DNA from: an uncultured Spirochaetota bacterium
GTDB lineage: Bacteria > Spirochaetota > Spirochaetia > SZUA-6 > Fen-1364
Assembly (NCBI GenBank): GCA_963820525.1
Contig: CAWGAA010000001.1
Span: 512,001 to 576,000, forward strand
Length of the DNA: 64,000 bases
Direction of reading: 5' to 3'
The notes under the pieces are model-generated. The model did no database searches and was not told the origin of the DNA. It saw nothing but the letters and a program-made list of their open reading frames with translations. The translations under genes and the position numbers were made by a program. This document shows positions 34,487-43,330 of this stretch, in pieces (within the stretch, counting starts at the first letter, position 1; every line of letters starts with the position of its first letter).

Positions 34487-36553
34487 ATGGGACAAGAGGC
34501 GTACAGGAAAAAAAGGGACTTCAGCGCGACTCCGGAGCCGCCGCCGGCCTCGGAAACCCTTCAGGCAGGGAGGTTCGCGGGAAGCTCATTCGTCGTTCAT
34601 CGCCATGAAGCCCGAAGGCTCCACTACGACCTTCGGATCAGGGCGGGAGATGCCCTCGCCTGCTGGGCGGTCCCCAAGGGGTTCTCCTATGACCCGGCCG
34701 ACAAGAGGCTCGCCGTGAGGACCGAGGACCACCCGCTGGAGTACGAGAGCTTCCACGGGGTCATCCCCCGCGGCCAGTATGGAGCCGGAACCATGCAGAT
34801 CTGGGACTCTGGCGATTACCGGCTGGTAAAGGGGCGGGACATCATGGAAGCGCTCGAAAAGGGGGAGCTGAAGCTCGAGCTGAAGGGCCGCCGCCTGCGG
34901 GGAGAGTGGCACCTCGTCAGGACCCGGGGAGAAGAAGGCAAGGAATGGCTCCTGTTCAAGGCAAAAGACCGCTACGCCGGGTCCGGGAGCGACCTGTTCG
35001 GCGCAGTCGACATGGGCCGCGCCCGCCGCAAGCCCCCTCCCCCGCGGCCCGGCTTGATGGAGCCGTCCCCGGGGCACGCCTTGTTCTCAGACCCGGACTG
35101 GATGTTCGAGACGAGCTTCACGGGAAGGCGAGTGGCGATCTCGGTTAGCGAAACTCAAGTGAGCATTCGTTCGACGAAAACGGATCTGGCGCCGCTTTTG
35201 CCCGCGATCGTGCATGACCTGGGCGGGCTTCGCTCCCAGAGGGCGATCCTCGACGGAGCTCTGGTCGCCCTCGACGCGAAGGGCGTGCCCTCCGCGAGGG
35301 CGCTGGAAGAACAGTTGAAGGCCGGGGGGAATGGCATCGTTCTGTATGTCTTCGACGTGCTCTACGTGGAGGAGTGGGACGTGCGCCCGCTCCCCCTGAG
35401 AGAGAGGAAGGCTCTCCTTCTGGCCCTGCTTCCGGAGCGGAATCGCGTTCTCCGCGTGGACCCCGTCCCCGAGCACGGGGAAGCCCTCGCCGAGGCGGCC
35501 TCCAGGGCCGGGCTTTCCGAAATCGTGGCCAAGAGATCGGAAAGCTCCTACCGCGCCGGGCCTTCGGACGACTGGCGCCTGATCGATGTCCGTCGGGCGG
35601 CGGGCGCCCGCGGCGCCGGGCGAAAGCGTACGAATGCGATCGTTCGGGTGACCAACCCCCGAAAGGTGTATTGGCCCGAGCAAGGCTATACCAAGGCGGA
35701 TCTCGTGGCCTTCTACGACGGGGTGGCGGACGTGCTCCTCCCCTATCTGAAGGACAGGCCGCTGCACCTGTATCGCTGGCCCGATGGGGTTCGGGGGAAA
35801 TCCTTCTACCAGAAGCAGCTCCCGGCCGGGCTCCCGGACTGGGTGGAGACGGCGAACGTCGCCCCAGCCGGGGAGAAGCCAATCTCCTACATCGTTTGCG
35901 GGGACCGGCGGACGCTTCTCACTCTCATCAACCTGGGGAGCATCGACCTGCACCCCTGGCTTTCGCGAAGGGGGAGCCTCGATTCCCCGGATTGGGCGGT
36001 CCTCGACCTGGATCCCAAGGACGCCCCCTTTGCCAGCGTCGTGAAGATCGCGCGGGAAACCGGAAAGCTCCTGCGGGGGCTCGGGCTTGAGCCGTACCTC
36101 AAGACATCGGGCTCCACGGGGCTGCACGTCTTCATCCCGCTCGCGCCGGGCTACACCTACGATCAGAGCCGGATGTTCTCGGAGGCAGTGGCGCGGCTTG
36201 TGGTTCGCGATCACGGCGACATCGCCACAGTCGAGCGCGTCGTCGGCCGGCGCGGCGGGAAGGTCTACATCGATTTCCTCCAGAACCGCAGGGAGCAGAC
36301 AATCGTCCCGCCGTACGTTGTGCGCCCCGTCGAGGCGGCAACCGTTTCGATGCCGCTCGCATGGGACGAGCTGGAAGAGGACGTGAGCCTTCGTGACTAC
36401 ACCGTGGCGTCCGCTCGCACGCGCATTGCGAAAGTGGGGGATCTGTTCAGCGCCGCCCTCAGCCGGCCGCAGGATCTTTCCCCGGCCATCGAAGCCCTGG
36501 GGGGCTACCTCAATCCAACTGGTCCTCGGCGGAAGGCTCCTGCAGCAACCTGA
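34487..36553 (+). CDS. ligD: LigD-like NHEJ protein: phosphoesterase, degenerate ligase domain, primase-polymerase
   Basis: PE: Y.KKRDF..TPEP, H.ARRLHYDLR, WAVPKG, EDHPLEY. POL: TNP.KV, FYQK, PDWAVLDLDP, KTSG..GLH, YIDFLQN. Central ligase fold lacks catalytic residues. Confidence 0.92.
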   Translation: MGQEAYRKKRDFSATPEPPPASETLQAGRFAGSSFVVHRHEARRLHYDLRIRAGDALACWAVPKGFSYDPADKRLAVRTEDHPLEYESFHGVIPRGQYGAGTMQIWDSGDYRLVKGRDIMEALEKGELKLELKGRRLRGEWHLVRTRGEEGKEWLLFKAKDRYAGSGSDLFGAVDMGRARRKPPPPRPGLMEPSPGHALFSDPDWMFETSFTGRRVAISVSETQVSIRSTKTDLAPLLPAIVHDLGGLRSQRAILDGALVALDAKGVPSARALEEQLKAGGNGIVLYVFDVLYVEEWDVRPLPLRERKALLLALLPERNRVLRVDPVPEHGEALAEAASRAGLSEIVAKRSESSYRAGPSDDWRLIDVRRAAGARGAGRKRTNAIVRVTNPRKVYWPEQGYTKADLVAFYDGVADVLLPYLKDRPLHLYRWPDGVRGKSFYQKQLPAGLPDWVETANVAPAGEKPISYIVCGDRRTLLTLINLGSIDLHPWLSRRGSLDSPDWAVLDLDPKDAPFASVVKIARETGKLLRGLGLEPYLKTSGSTGLHVFIPLAPGYTYDQSRMFSEAVARLVVRDHGDIATVERVVGRRGGKVYIDFLQNRREQTIVPPYVVRPVEAATVSMPLAWDELEEDVSLRDYTVASARTRIAKVGDLFSAALSRPQDLSPAIEALGGYLNPTGPRRKAPAAT

Positions 36554-37661
36554 GCCTTCTTGAGTCAGGAAAGGACCTGTCGAACGCGCCCCGGTGGGCA
36601 AGCGCTTCCCCGTGACGGCCGAGACGCTCCAGGATAGTGGCGAGATTGCAGTGGGCATCCGGGTAGTCCGGCTCCAGAGAAATCGCCATCTCGTATGCCG
36701 AAACCGCATCGCCGGGCTTGTTCACCGCGGCGAGCGCATTGCCCAGATTGTTCCACGCTTCGGCGAACTCGCCGTCGGCCTCGATGGCCCGCATGTAGTT
36801 CGCCGCTGCTTCCGCCTCACGGCCGAGCCCGTAGAGCACGTTCCCCAGGTTGAACCAGGTTTCGGGATCCGGGGAGACCTCCAGCGCGCGGCCGTACGCA
36901 GCAGCGGCAGACTCCAGATCGCCCCGTTCCTCTGCCTCCACCCCGGCGGCAAACCATCGGCGCGAGTCCTGTTCTCCCGGAAAGGCGGCGATACGAGGGG
37001 AGCTCCCGCTTTCGTCTTCCCAGTCCAACAGCAGCTGCCCGTTGGGCTCGGCCCAGCCGCCGTTTGACAGCCGCACGCGCAGGCCGCGGTCATAGGCATC
37101 CAGGCGCGCGATCATCCTCTGCGCCTCGGGAAGCCAGCGGGCTATCTCTTCGAGGCTCATTCGGATGCGGGAAGCGGGGATCCCGCAAGCGGCAAGCCTG
37201 CTCAGGCCGCGGGCGCGTACGATGTCGGTGAACCCGAACCAGGCCAGCCGCCGCGCCACCCGGGCGGGTTTCAGAAGCCCATGGCGGAGCCATGACCGCA
37301 CCTCGGAGAGCGGCGCTCCGACGATCCGGCTCACCTGTTCTACCGTGTACAGGCGGGTGAAGTCCTCCAGCTCCTCCTCCGCCCCCAGAGCCCTGAGAAA
37401 CTCGGGCTCCTCGATCAGGCGGATTCGGGCGCCTTTCGTCGTGAGCTCCCGGCAGCGCGCCAGGTTTTCCGTGAGGCCTCCGTCCCCGGAGAGCGGGCCC
37501 TGCGCCTGGCCGACGACGAGCACCTGCGTTGAGGCACCGGGCGTACGAACATAGCGTCCTCCCGCGCCGGCTATCCGATCGATCGCCTCCATCCTGGTCA
37601 TCGAGACCAGACGGCCGGTGAGCGCCACCTCCATGCCGGCGAAAGACGAGCTCCCTGCCAT
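36510..37661 (-). CDS. BRCT - MerR-type HTH - TPR protein
   Basis: BRCT: VALTGRL.SMTR.EA..I..AGG..LVVG..I.E.EFL. HTH: YTVEQVSRIVG..VRSWLRHGLLKP. TPRs: WFNLGNVL, AWNNLGNAL, AHCNLA. Confidence 0.85.
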   Translation of the reverse strand: MAGSSSFAGMEVALTGRLVSMTRMEAIDRIAGAGGRYVRTPGASTQVLVVGQAQGPLSGDGGLTENLARCRELTTKGARIRLIEEPEFLRALGAEEELEDFTRLYTVEQVSRIVGAPLSEVRSWLRHGLLKPARVARRLAWFGFTDIVRARGLSRLAACGIPASRIRMSLEEIARWLPEAQRMIARLDAYDRGLRVRLSNGGWAEPNGQLLLDWEDESGSSPRIAAFPGEQDSRRWFAAGVEAEERGDLESAAAAYGRALEVSPDPETWFNLGNVLYGLGREAEAAANYMRAIEADGEFAEAWNNLGNALAAVNKPGDAVSAYEMAISLEPDYPDAHCNLATILERLGRHGEALAHRGAFDRSFPDSRRLRLLQEPSAEDQLD

Positions 37662-37665
37662 ATGT

Positions 37666-38562
37666 CTATGATTCTATCAGCTCTTCGAACACCGGGAAAC
37701 GGAAAAGCCCGTCATTGGTGAGCTCGGCAAAGCTCACGGTGCAATACACGCCGGGCTCGATCCATAGAGCCCTATCCCGGCATGCCACAATCGGTGCGTC
37801 GCGTGGGCGCTCCCGCATCCTGGCGTTGAGCCTCGCCCTCGCGGCCTTCGAGAAACCGCTTCCGACCCTGCCGAGGTAACGCAGAGCTCCATCCCCTCCG
37901 CCTGAAAGCCCGCTGCCGGCCACCAGGATGCTCTGGAAGTCCTCTTTGCCTTTCTCCATGAATCCGATGACGGCGACGGCGGCCCGAAGCCGCTTCTTGA
38001 TCTTGACCCAGGCCCCATTTCGCTTTCCCGGGGCGTACGTGCTTGAAAGCTTCTTGGCCACGACCCCTTCGAGGCCGAGCCCGCAGGCTTTGTCGTAGAG
38101 GGCCAGGCCGTCCGAGCGCACGCCCTCTGAAAGCAGGAGGGGCTGGAAGCGCGAGCCGCCGATGAGCTCCTCGAGGCGTGCACGCCGCTCAAGAAAGGGC
38201 AGATCCGTCAGGGATTCGTATGCCATGTAGATGACGTCGAACGCGATGAAGCTGAGCGGAGCGTGCCGCGCCTGCCGCGTCCGCCTGAGGACCAGGCCGA
38301 GGTCCGGCCTTCCGTCATGAAAAGCGACGATTTCTCCGTCCAGAACGAGCCCCTCCGGCAGGCCCGCAAGGCAATCCAGCTCCGGGTATCGCTCGCTTAT
38401 TTCCCCGCCGTTCCTGCTCACGATCCGACGCCTTCCATGCTCGATCATGGCAAGGGCGCGGATGCCGTCCCACTTAATCTCGAAGAAATGTTCGCCGGAA
38501 TCGAAGGGCTCGCCCAGAACGGCAAGCATCGGCGGGATGAAGCGGGGAAGCTCTCTAGCCAA
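37666..38562 (-). CDS. Stand-alone ATP-dependent DNA ligase (NHEJ LigD/LigC-type NTase plus OB domain)
   Basis: PMLA, FEIKWDGIR, SRNG, LDGEIV, FIAFDV, LEGVVAK, WVKIK; OB domain GRVGSGF..R.PVF; TTG start overlapping ku stop. Confidence 0.92.
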   Translation of the reverse strand: MARELPRFIPPMLAVLGEPFDSGEHFFEIKWDGIRALAMIEHGRRRIVSRNGGEISERYPELDCLAGLPEGLVLDGEIVAFHDGRPDLGLVLRRTRQARHAPLSFIAFDVIYMAYESLTDLPFLERRARLEELIGGSRFQPLLLSEGVRSDGLALYDKACGLGLEGVVAKKLSSTYAPGKRNGAWVKIKKRLRAAVAVIGFMEKGKEDFQSILVAGSGLSGGGDGALRYLGRVGSGFSKAARARLNARMRERPRDAPIVACRDRALWIEPGVYCTVSFAELTNDGLFRFPVFEELIES

Positions 38563-39448
38563 CTTTCCTCTTCTTGGCCGCGGCCTTTCCCGGCTTCGTG
38601 CTGGGCGCCTGTTTGAGCCTGGCCTTCGCCTGACCATCGGCGTTGTCCGCAATTGCCGGGTTGGCGGCCTGCGCCTCCGCCACGCTGCGCTTCAGGGCTT
38701 CCATCAGGTTGATGATCTTGGGCTCCTCGGGCTCGCGCACCTGGACGATCTCCTTGCCTTCGATCTTCAACTGGATCAGCTTGGTGAGCTTTTCCTTGTA
38801 GACATCCTTGTAGCGGGCAAAGTCGAACTCCTTGATCACCGAGGCCTTGATCAGCGTGTCGGTGAGCGAGATCTCGGCGTCGGTCGTCTCGCTGTCCTTG
38901 ATCTCGTCCGTGAACGCGGAGGCCTGCTTGACCTCGTCATGCCGGATGAGCACGGTCATCGATAGCACGCCGTCGATCGGGCGCAGGATCACGACCTGCT
39001 CCTTTCCCGCGATCACCACCTCTGCGATGGCGCTCATGCCATTGGCCTGCATGCCCTGCATCAAGAGCTTGTAAGGCTTCTGCCCCACCGGGCCGTCCGG
39101 AGTCACGAAGTATGTGCGGCCCGCGTAGTACAGGGGGGACAGGCTTTCCGGCGGGATGAAGCCGTCGATGCGGATGGATTTGTCGCTTTCCGTTCGAAGC
39201 TTGTCCAGCTCATCGTCATTGATGATGACGTACTGGCCCTTGTCGTACTCGTAGCCCTTGACGATCTCGTCGTTTCCAACCTCACCGACTTCCGGCGCGA
39301 ACTTCTTGTACTGGATGCGCGTCATCGTCTTGGAGTGCAGCTGATGCAGAGTGAGGTCGTTTCCCGATGACGTGGCCGTGTATGCCTTGACCGGCACTGA
39401 AACCAGGCTCAGCTTGAGGAATCCCTTCCAGCTTGCGTGAGCAGCCAT
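38555..39448 (-). CDS. ku: Prokaryotic Ku protein
   Basis: WKGFLKLSLVSVPVK, EIVKGYEY, Y.D.Y.EKL..LI..KI.G, INLMEALKRS, basic tail. Confidence 0.96.
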   Translation of the reverse strand: MAAHASWKGFLKLSLVSVPVKAYTATSSGNDLTLHQLHSKTMTRIQYKKFAPEVGEVGNDEIVKGYEYDKGQYVIINDDELDKLRTESDKSIRIDGFIPPESLSPLYYAGRTYFVTPDGPVGQKPYKLLMQGMQANGMSAIAEVVIAGKEQVVILRPIDGVLSMTVLIRHDEVKQASAFTDEIKDSETTDAEISLTDTLIKASVIKEFDFARYKDVYKEKLTKLIQLKIEGKEIVQVREPEEPKIINLMEALKRSVAEAQAANPAIADNADGQAKARLKQAPSTKPGKAAAKKRKVG

Positions 39449-39537
39449 CGCTCGCCTCCCCCCGCGCGCCCCGCCATCTGCGCAAGGCCGGGAGGGCCAG
39501 CTCTGCGGCGGCCGCGTACTCCCCTTCCCAGTAAGCT

Positions 39538-39566
39538 AAGCTACGAAGCGCGGCATCGGGAGTCAA
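39538..39566 (-). promoter_or_regulatory. sigma70-type promoter for the ku operon
   Basis: TTGACT-17 nt-TAGCTT. Confidence 0.5.
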
Positions 39567-39585
39567 GTCGCGGCGGTTCGGGAGC

Positions 39586-41187
39586 TCAGCCGCCGAATGC
39601 CGTGGAGAGAAGCTCCTTCGTGTAGGGATGCCGGGGGTTGGAGAATATCTCCCGTGCCGGACCGGACTCCACGATCTTTCCCTGCCTCATGATGACGATC
39701 TGGTGGCAGAGGGATTTGAGAACCGCGAGGTCGTGGCTGATGAAGATATAGCTCAAGCCCAGCTTGTCCTGGAGGCCTTTGAGGAGCTCGATCACCTGGA
39801 ACTGGATGGTGCGGTCCAGAGAGGAAGTAGGCTCGTCCAGGACGAGCACAGCCGGCTTCAGCACCAGCGCGCGCGCAAGCGCGATACGCTGCCTTTGGCC
39901 TCCTGAAAACTCGTGGGGGTAGCGGAATCGCTGCTCGGGGTCAAGGCCAACTTCCCGCATGGTTTCAATAATGAGCCGCTGCCTGCTCTGCGGGTCGCCG
40001 ACCTTGTGGACAAGCAGGCCCTCGCCAATGATCTGCTCCACGGACATCCTGGGGCTCAGGCTGCCGAAGGGGTCCTGGAATATGATCTGCACGCGCCCGC
40101 GCAGGAGGCGAAGCTCTTCCTGTTTCATGAGATGAATGGCTTCCCCGTCGAGGCTGATCTCACCTTCGCTTTTTACCAAGCGAAGTATGGCTTTGCCCAG
40201 TGTAGTCTTGCCCGAACCGCTCTCTCCCGCCACGCCCAGGGTCTGGCCCTTCAGGAGCTCAAATGCTACGCCGTCCACCGCCTTCACGTAGCCCTTTGTC
40301 CTTCGAAGGAAGCCCCTTTGAACGGGAAACCACACCTTCAGGTTCTCAACGCGCATGAGGGTCCCGCGTGCTGGATCAGGCGCCGGCGGCTCGCCCTTGG
40401 GCTCGGCGTCCAGAAGCGTGCGGGTATAGGGATGCCGCGGCCGGCTGAAGATCTCATCGACCGGGTTCTGCTCGAGAATCAGCCCGTCATGCATCACGGC
40501 CACGCGGTCCGCGATGCGGCGGACGATACCCAGATCGTGCGTGATGAAGAGCACCGACATTCCGAGGTCCCGCTGGAGGTCCTTGATGAGGCGGAGGATC
40601 TGGGCCTGGATGGTGACATCCAGCGCCGTGGTGGGCTCGTCCGCAATGAGGAGCTTCGGCCCGTTCACCAGCGCCATGGCAATCATCACCCGCTGCCTCT
40701 CCCCGCCGGAGAGCTGGTGCGGATACGCCTTGAGCTTGGCTCGAGGGTCCTGAAGCCCTACCCTGCCCAGCCAGTCCACGGCGATCGGGCTCGCCTTGGA
40801 GGGCGGCAAACCCTGGTGGAGAGAGAGGGCCTCGTTCATCTGTCTTTCCACGGTATGCAGGGGGTTGAGGGATGACATGGGCTCCTGGAAGATCATGCCG
40901 ATCTCGGCCCCCCTGATGCTCAAGAGCTCCTGGGGTGTCATGCCCAGTATTTCTCGCCCGCGAAACCAGACCTCTCCCCGAGGGTAGGCGATCAAAGACT
41001 CGGGTATGAGCCGAAGAACGGACTGGGCGGTGACAGTCTTGCCCGACCCGCTTTCTCCGACAAGGGCTACAGTCTCGTTTTCCCCTATTGAGAGGTCCAC
41101 TCCATGGACCACGTTGTTCACCGCGCCCGCTTTTCGAAAGCCGATATGGAGGCCGCTGATTCTCAGAAGCTCGCTCTGGGCGGCCAT
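39586..41187 (-). CDS. yejF: Peptide ABC transporter ATP-binding protein with two ABC domains
   Basis: Two GESGSGKT Walker A motifs, LSGGERQR and FSGGQRQR, DEPT. Confidence 0.9.
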   Translation of the reverse strand: MAAQSELLRISGLHIGFRKAGAVNNVVHGVDLSIGENETVALVGESGSGKTVTAQSVLRLIPESLIAYPRGEVWFRGREILGMTPQELLSIRGAEIGMIFQEPMSSLNPLHTVERQMNEALSLHQGLPPSKASPIAVDWLGRVGLQDPRAKLKAYPHQLSGGERQRVMIAMALVNGPKLLIADEPTTALDVTIQAQILRLIKDLQRDLGMSVLFITHDLGIVRRIADRVAVMHDGLILEQNPVDEIFSRPRHPYTRTLLDAEPKGEPPAPDPARGTLMRVENLKVWFPVQRGFLRRTKGYVKAVDGVAFELLKGQTLGVAGESGSGKTTLGKAILRLVKSEGEISLDGEAIHLMKQEELRLLRGRVQIIFQDPFGSLSPRMSVEQIIGEGLLVHKVGDPQSRQRLIIETMREVGLDPEQRFRYPHEFSGGQRQRIALARALVLKPAVLVLDEPTSSLDRTIQFQVIELLKGLQDKLGLSYIFISHDLAVLKSLCHQIVIMRQGKIVESGPAREIFSNPRHPYTKELLSTAFGG

Positions 41188-42215
41188 CAGGCTGCCCTCC
41201 GCGGGTCGAAGGCGTCGCGCACGGCTTCACCAATGAACACGAGGAGGCTCAAGCTGCCCGCCAGAACCACGAAAGAAGATATGCCCAGCCAGGGAGCCTG
41301 GAGGTTGGCCTTGCCCTGGGCCAAGAGGTCACCCAGAGACGGGGAGCCCGGAGGCATTCCGAAACCCAGGAAGTCGAGCGACGTGAGGGTGGTGATGGAT
41401 CCCCCGAGGATGAACGGGAGGAACGTGAGGGTGGCCACCATTGCGTTGGGGAGCATGTGGCGGAAGATGATCCGCGCATTGCTCATCCCCATCGCTTTTG
41501 CGGCCATCACATACTCGAAGTTGCGGGCCCGCAGGAACTCCGCCCGTACCAGCCCCACCAGGCTCATCCAGCCGAAAAGCAGCGTGATGAGCAGGAGCCA
41601 CCAGAAGTTGGGCTGAACAACGCTTGAGAGGATGATCAGGAGGAACAAGGTTGGCATGCCGGACCAGACCTCGATGAACCGCTGGCCGAGGATGTCGACC
41701 ACGCCGCCGTAGAAACCCTGGATTGCCCCAGCCGCCACGCCGATGGCGGAGGAGAAGAAGGTCAGCGTAAGACCGAAGAGGACCGAAATGCGAAACCCAT
41801 AGATGAGAATGGCCACCACGTCATAGCCGTTCTCGTCGGTTCCGAGCCAGTTCTGCCAGGTGGGAGGAGACGGCGCGGGGCTGGGCAGGCTGTAGTTGAT
41901 CGTGCTGTAGCTGAAGGGGATGAGCGGCCAGAGCATCCAGCCCCTGGCTTTTATAATTTGCTGGACAACCGGATCCCTGTAGTCGGCCGTTGTTCCGAAC
42001 TCTCCGCCAAAATCCTTTTCCGTGAAGCTCTTGAATACGGGAAAGTACAGCCTGCCGTTGAAGCTCACAATGAGAGGGACATCGTTTGCAATCAGCTCCG
42101 CGAGCAAGCTCAGGCCGAATAGAGCCAGGAATATCCACAGCGAAATGAACCCCCGACGGTTGGCCTTGAAGCGGCGATAGCGGTCCTGACCGATCCTGCT
42201 AAGGGCTATCTTCAT
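41187..42215 (-). CDS. yejE: Peptide ABC transporter permease
   Basis: RFKANRRG, ELIAND.P, WLGTD, VRAEFLRARNFEY, FIGEAVRDAFDPR. Confidence 0.9.
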   Translation of the reverse strand: MKIALSRIGQDRYRRFKANRRGFISLWIFLALFGLSLLAELIANDVPLIVSFNGRLYFPVFKSFTEKDFGGEFGTTADYRDPVVQQIIKARGWMLWPLIPFSYSTINYSLPSPAPSPPTWQNWLGTDENGYDVVAILIYGFRISVLFGLTLTFFSSAIGVAAGAIQGFYGGVVDILGQRFIEVWSGMPTLFLLIILSSVVQPNFWWLLLITLLFGWMSLVGLVRAEFLRARNFEYVMAAKAMGMSNARIIFRHMLPNAMVATLTFLPFILGGSITTLTSLDFLGFGMPPGSPSLGDLLAQGKANLQAPWLGISSFVVLAGSLSLLVFIGEAVRDAFDPRRAA

Positions 42216-42216
42216 G

Positions 42217-43326
42217 CTATGTACGCCTCGATTCGAAATCGATGCGCGGGTCTACCAGCGTATAGGTGAGGTCGCTCACCAGGGCCAGCGCAAGACCCAG
42301 GAGCGTGAAGATATACAGCGTGCCGAACATGACCGGATAATCCCTCTGCGTGGTGGCCTCGAAGCCGAGGAGACCCAGCCCATTGAGGGAGAAAATCACC
42401 TCGATGAGAACGGAGCCGGTGAAGAGCATTCCTATGAGCGCCGCGGGAAACCCGGAGATCACCAGGAGCATGGCGTTTCTGAAAACGTGCTTCCGCAATA
42501 TCCGCCTTTCCGTCAGGCCCTTTGCGCGGGCCGTCATCACGTACTGCTTGTGGATCTCGTCCAGGAAGGAGTTCTTGGTGAGCATGGTGAGGATGGCGAA
42601 CCCCCCGATAACGAGCGACGTGACGGGAAGAGCCAGATGCCAGAAGTAGTCGCCTATCTTGGCAAGGAGCCCCAGGCTGTCGAAGTTCGTTGATACCAGG
42701 CCCCGAAGCGGGAAGACCTTGAGGTACGAGCCTCCGGCGAAAAGGATGATGAGAAGGATTGCGAAGAGGAATACGGGAATCGTATTTCCCAGTATCACGA
42801 GGGTGCTCGTCCACATGTCGAAGCGGCTTCCGTGCCTGACGGCCTTGCGTACGCCCAGGGGAATGGACACGAGGTAGATGATCAGCGTGCTCCACACTCC
42901 GATGGAGATGGAGACGGGCATTCGCTCGAGGACGAGCCCGATCACGCTCCTGCCCTGGAACAGGCTGTCACCGAAATCGAATACCAGGTAGCGGCGGATC
43001 ATCTCCACGTAGCGTACAAGGAGCGGCTTGTCGAAGCCGTAGAGCTTCTTTATCTGCTCCACAACCTGGGGATCCAGTCCCTGGGCCCCGCGGTACGGGG
43101 AGCCGACGTTCCCGGTCCCCGGTGTGCCTTTGCGTGGAGCCACTTCCTGCCTGCCCTGCCCGGAGATGCGTCCCAACGCCCCCGCGGTTGCAAGGCCGCT
43201 GAGCCTGGCCACCTCCTGGTCCACCGGTCCGCCGGGAGCCAGCTGCACTATGAAAAAATTGATCGTTATGATGGCCCAGAGCGTGGGAATCATGAGAAGA
43301 AGGCGCCGAAGGATGTAAGCTCCCAT
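42217..43326 (-). CDS. yejB: Peptide ABC transporter permease
   Basis: [53 protein letters not shown]. Confidence 0.9.
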   Translation of the reverse strand: MGAYILRRLLLMIPTLWAIITINFFIVQLAPGGPVDQEVARLSGLATAGALGRISGQGRQEVAPRKGTPGTGNVGSPYRGAQGLDPQVVEQIKKLYGFDKPLLVRYVEMIRRYLVFDFGDSLFQGRSVIGLVLERMPVSISIGVWSTLIIYLVSIPLGVRKAVRHGSRFDMWTSTLVILGNTIPVFLFAILLIILFAGGSYLKVFPLRGLVSTNFDSLGLLAKIGDYFWHLALPVTSLVIGGFAILTMLTKNSFLDEIHKQYVMTARAKGLTERRILRKHVFRNAMLLVISGFPAALIGMLFTGSVLIEVIFSLNGLGLLGFEATTQRDYPVMFGTLYIFTLLGLALALVSDLTYTLVDPRIDFESRRT

Positions 43327-43330
43327 TGAA

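Noticed and set aside
36734..36747. 14-bp match (GCGCATTGCCCAGA) to the tRNA-Arg 3' end at 27999-28012, a possible attR
   Set aside because: It lies inside an intact TPR coding segment (NLGNAL), would cut the NHEJ locus, and no integrase is present; probably chance
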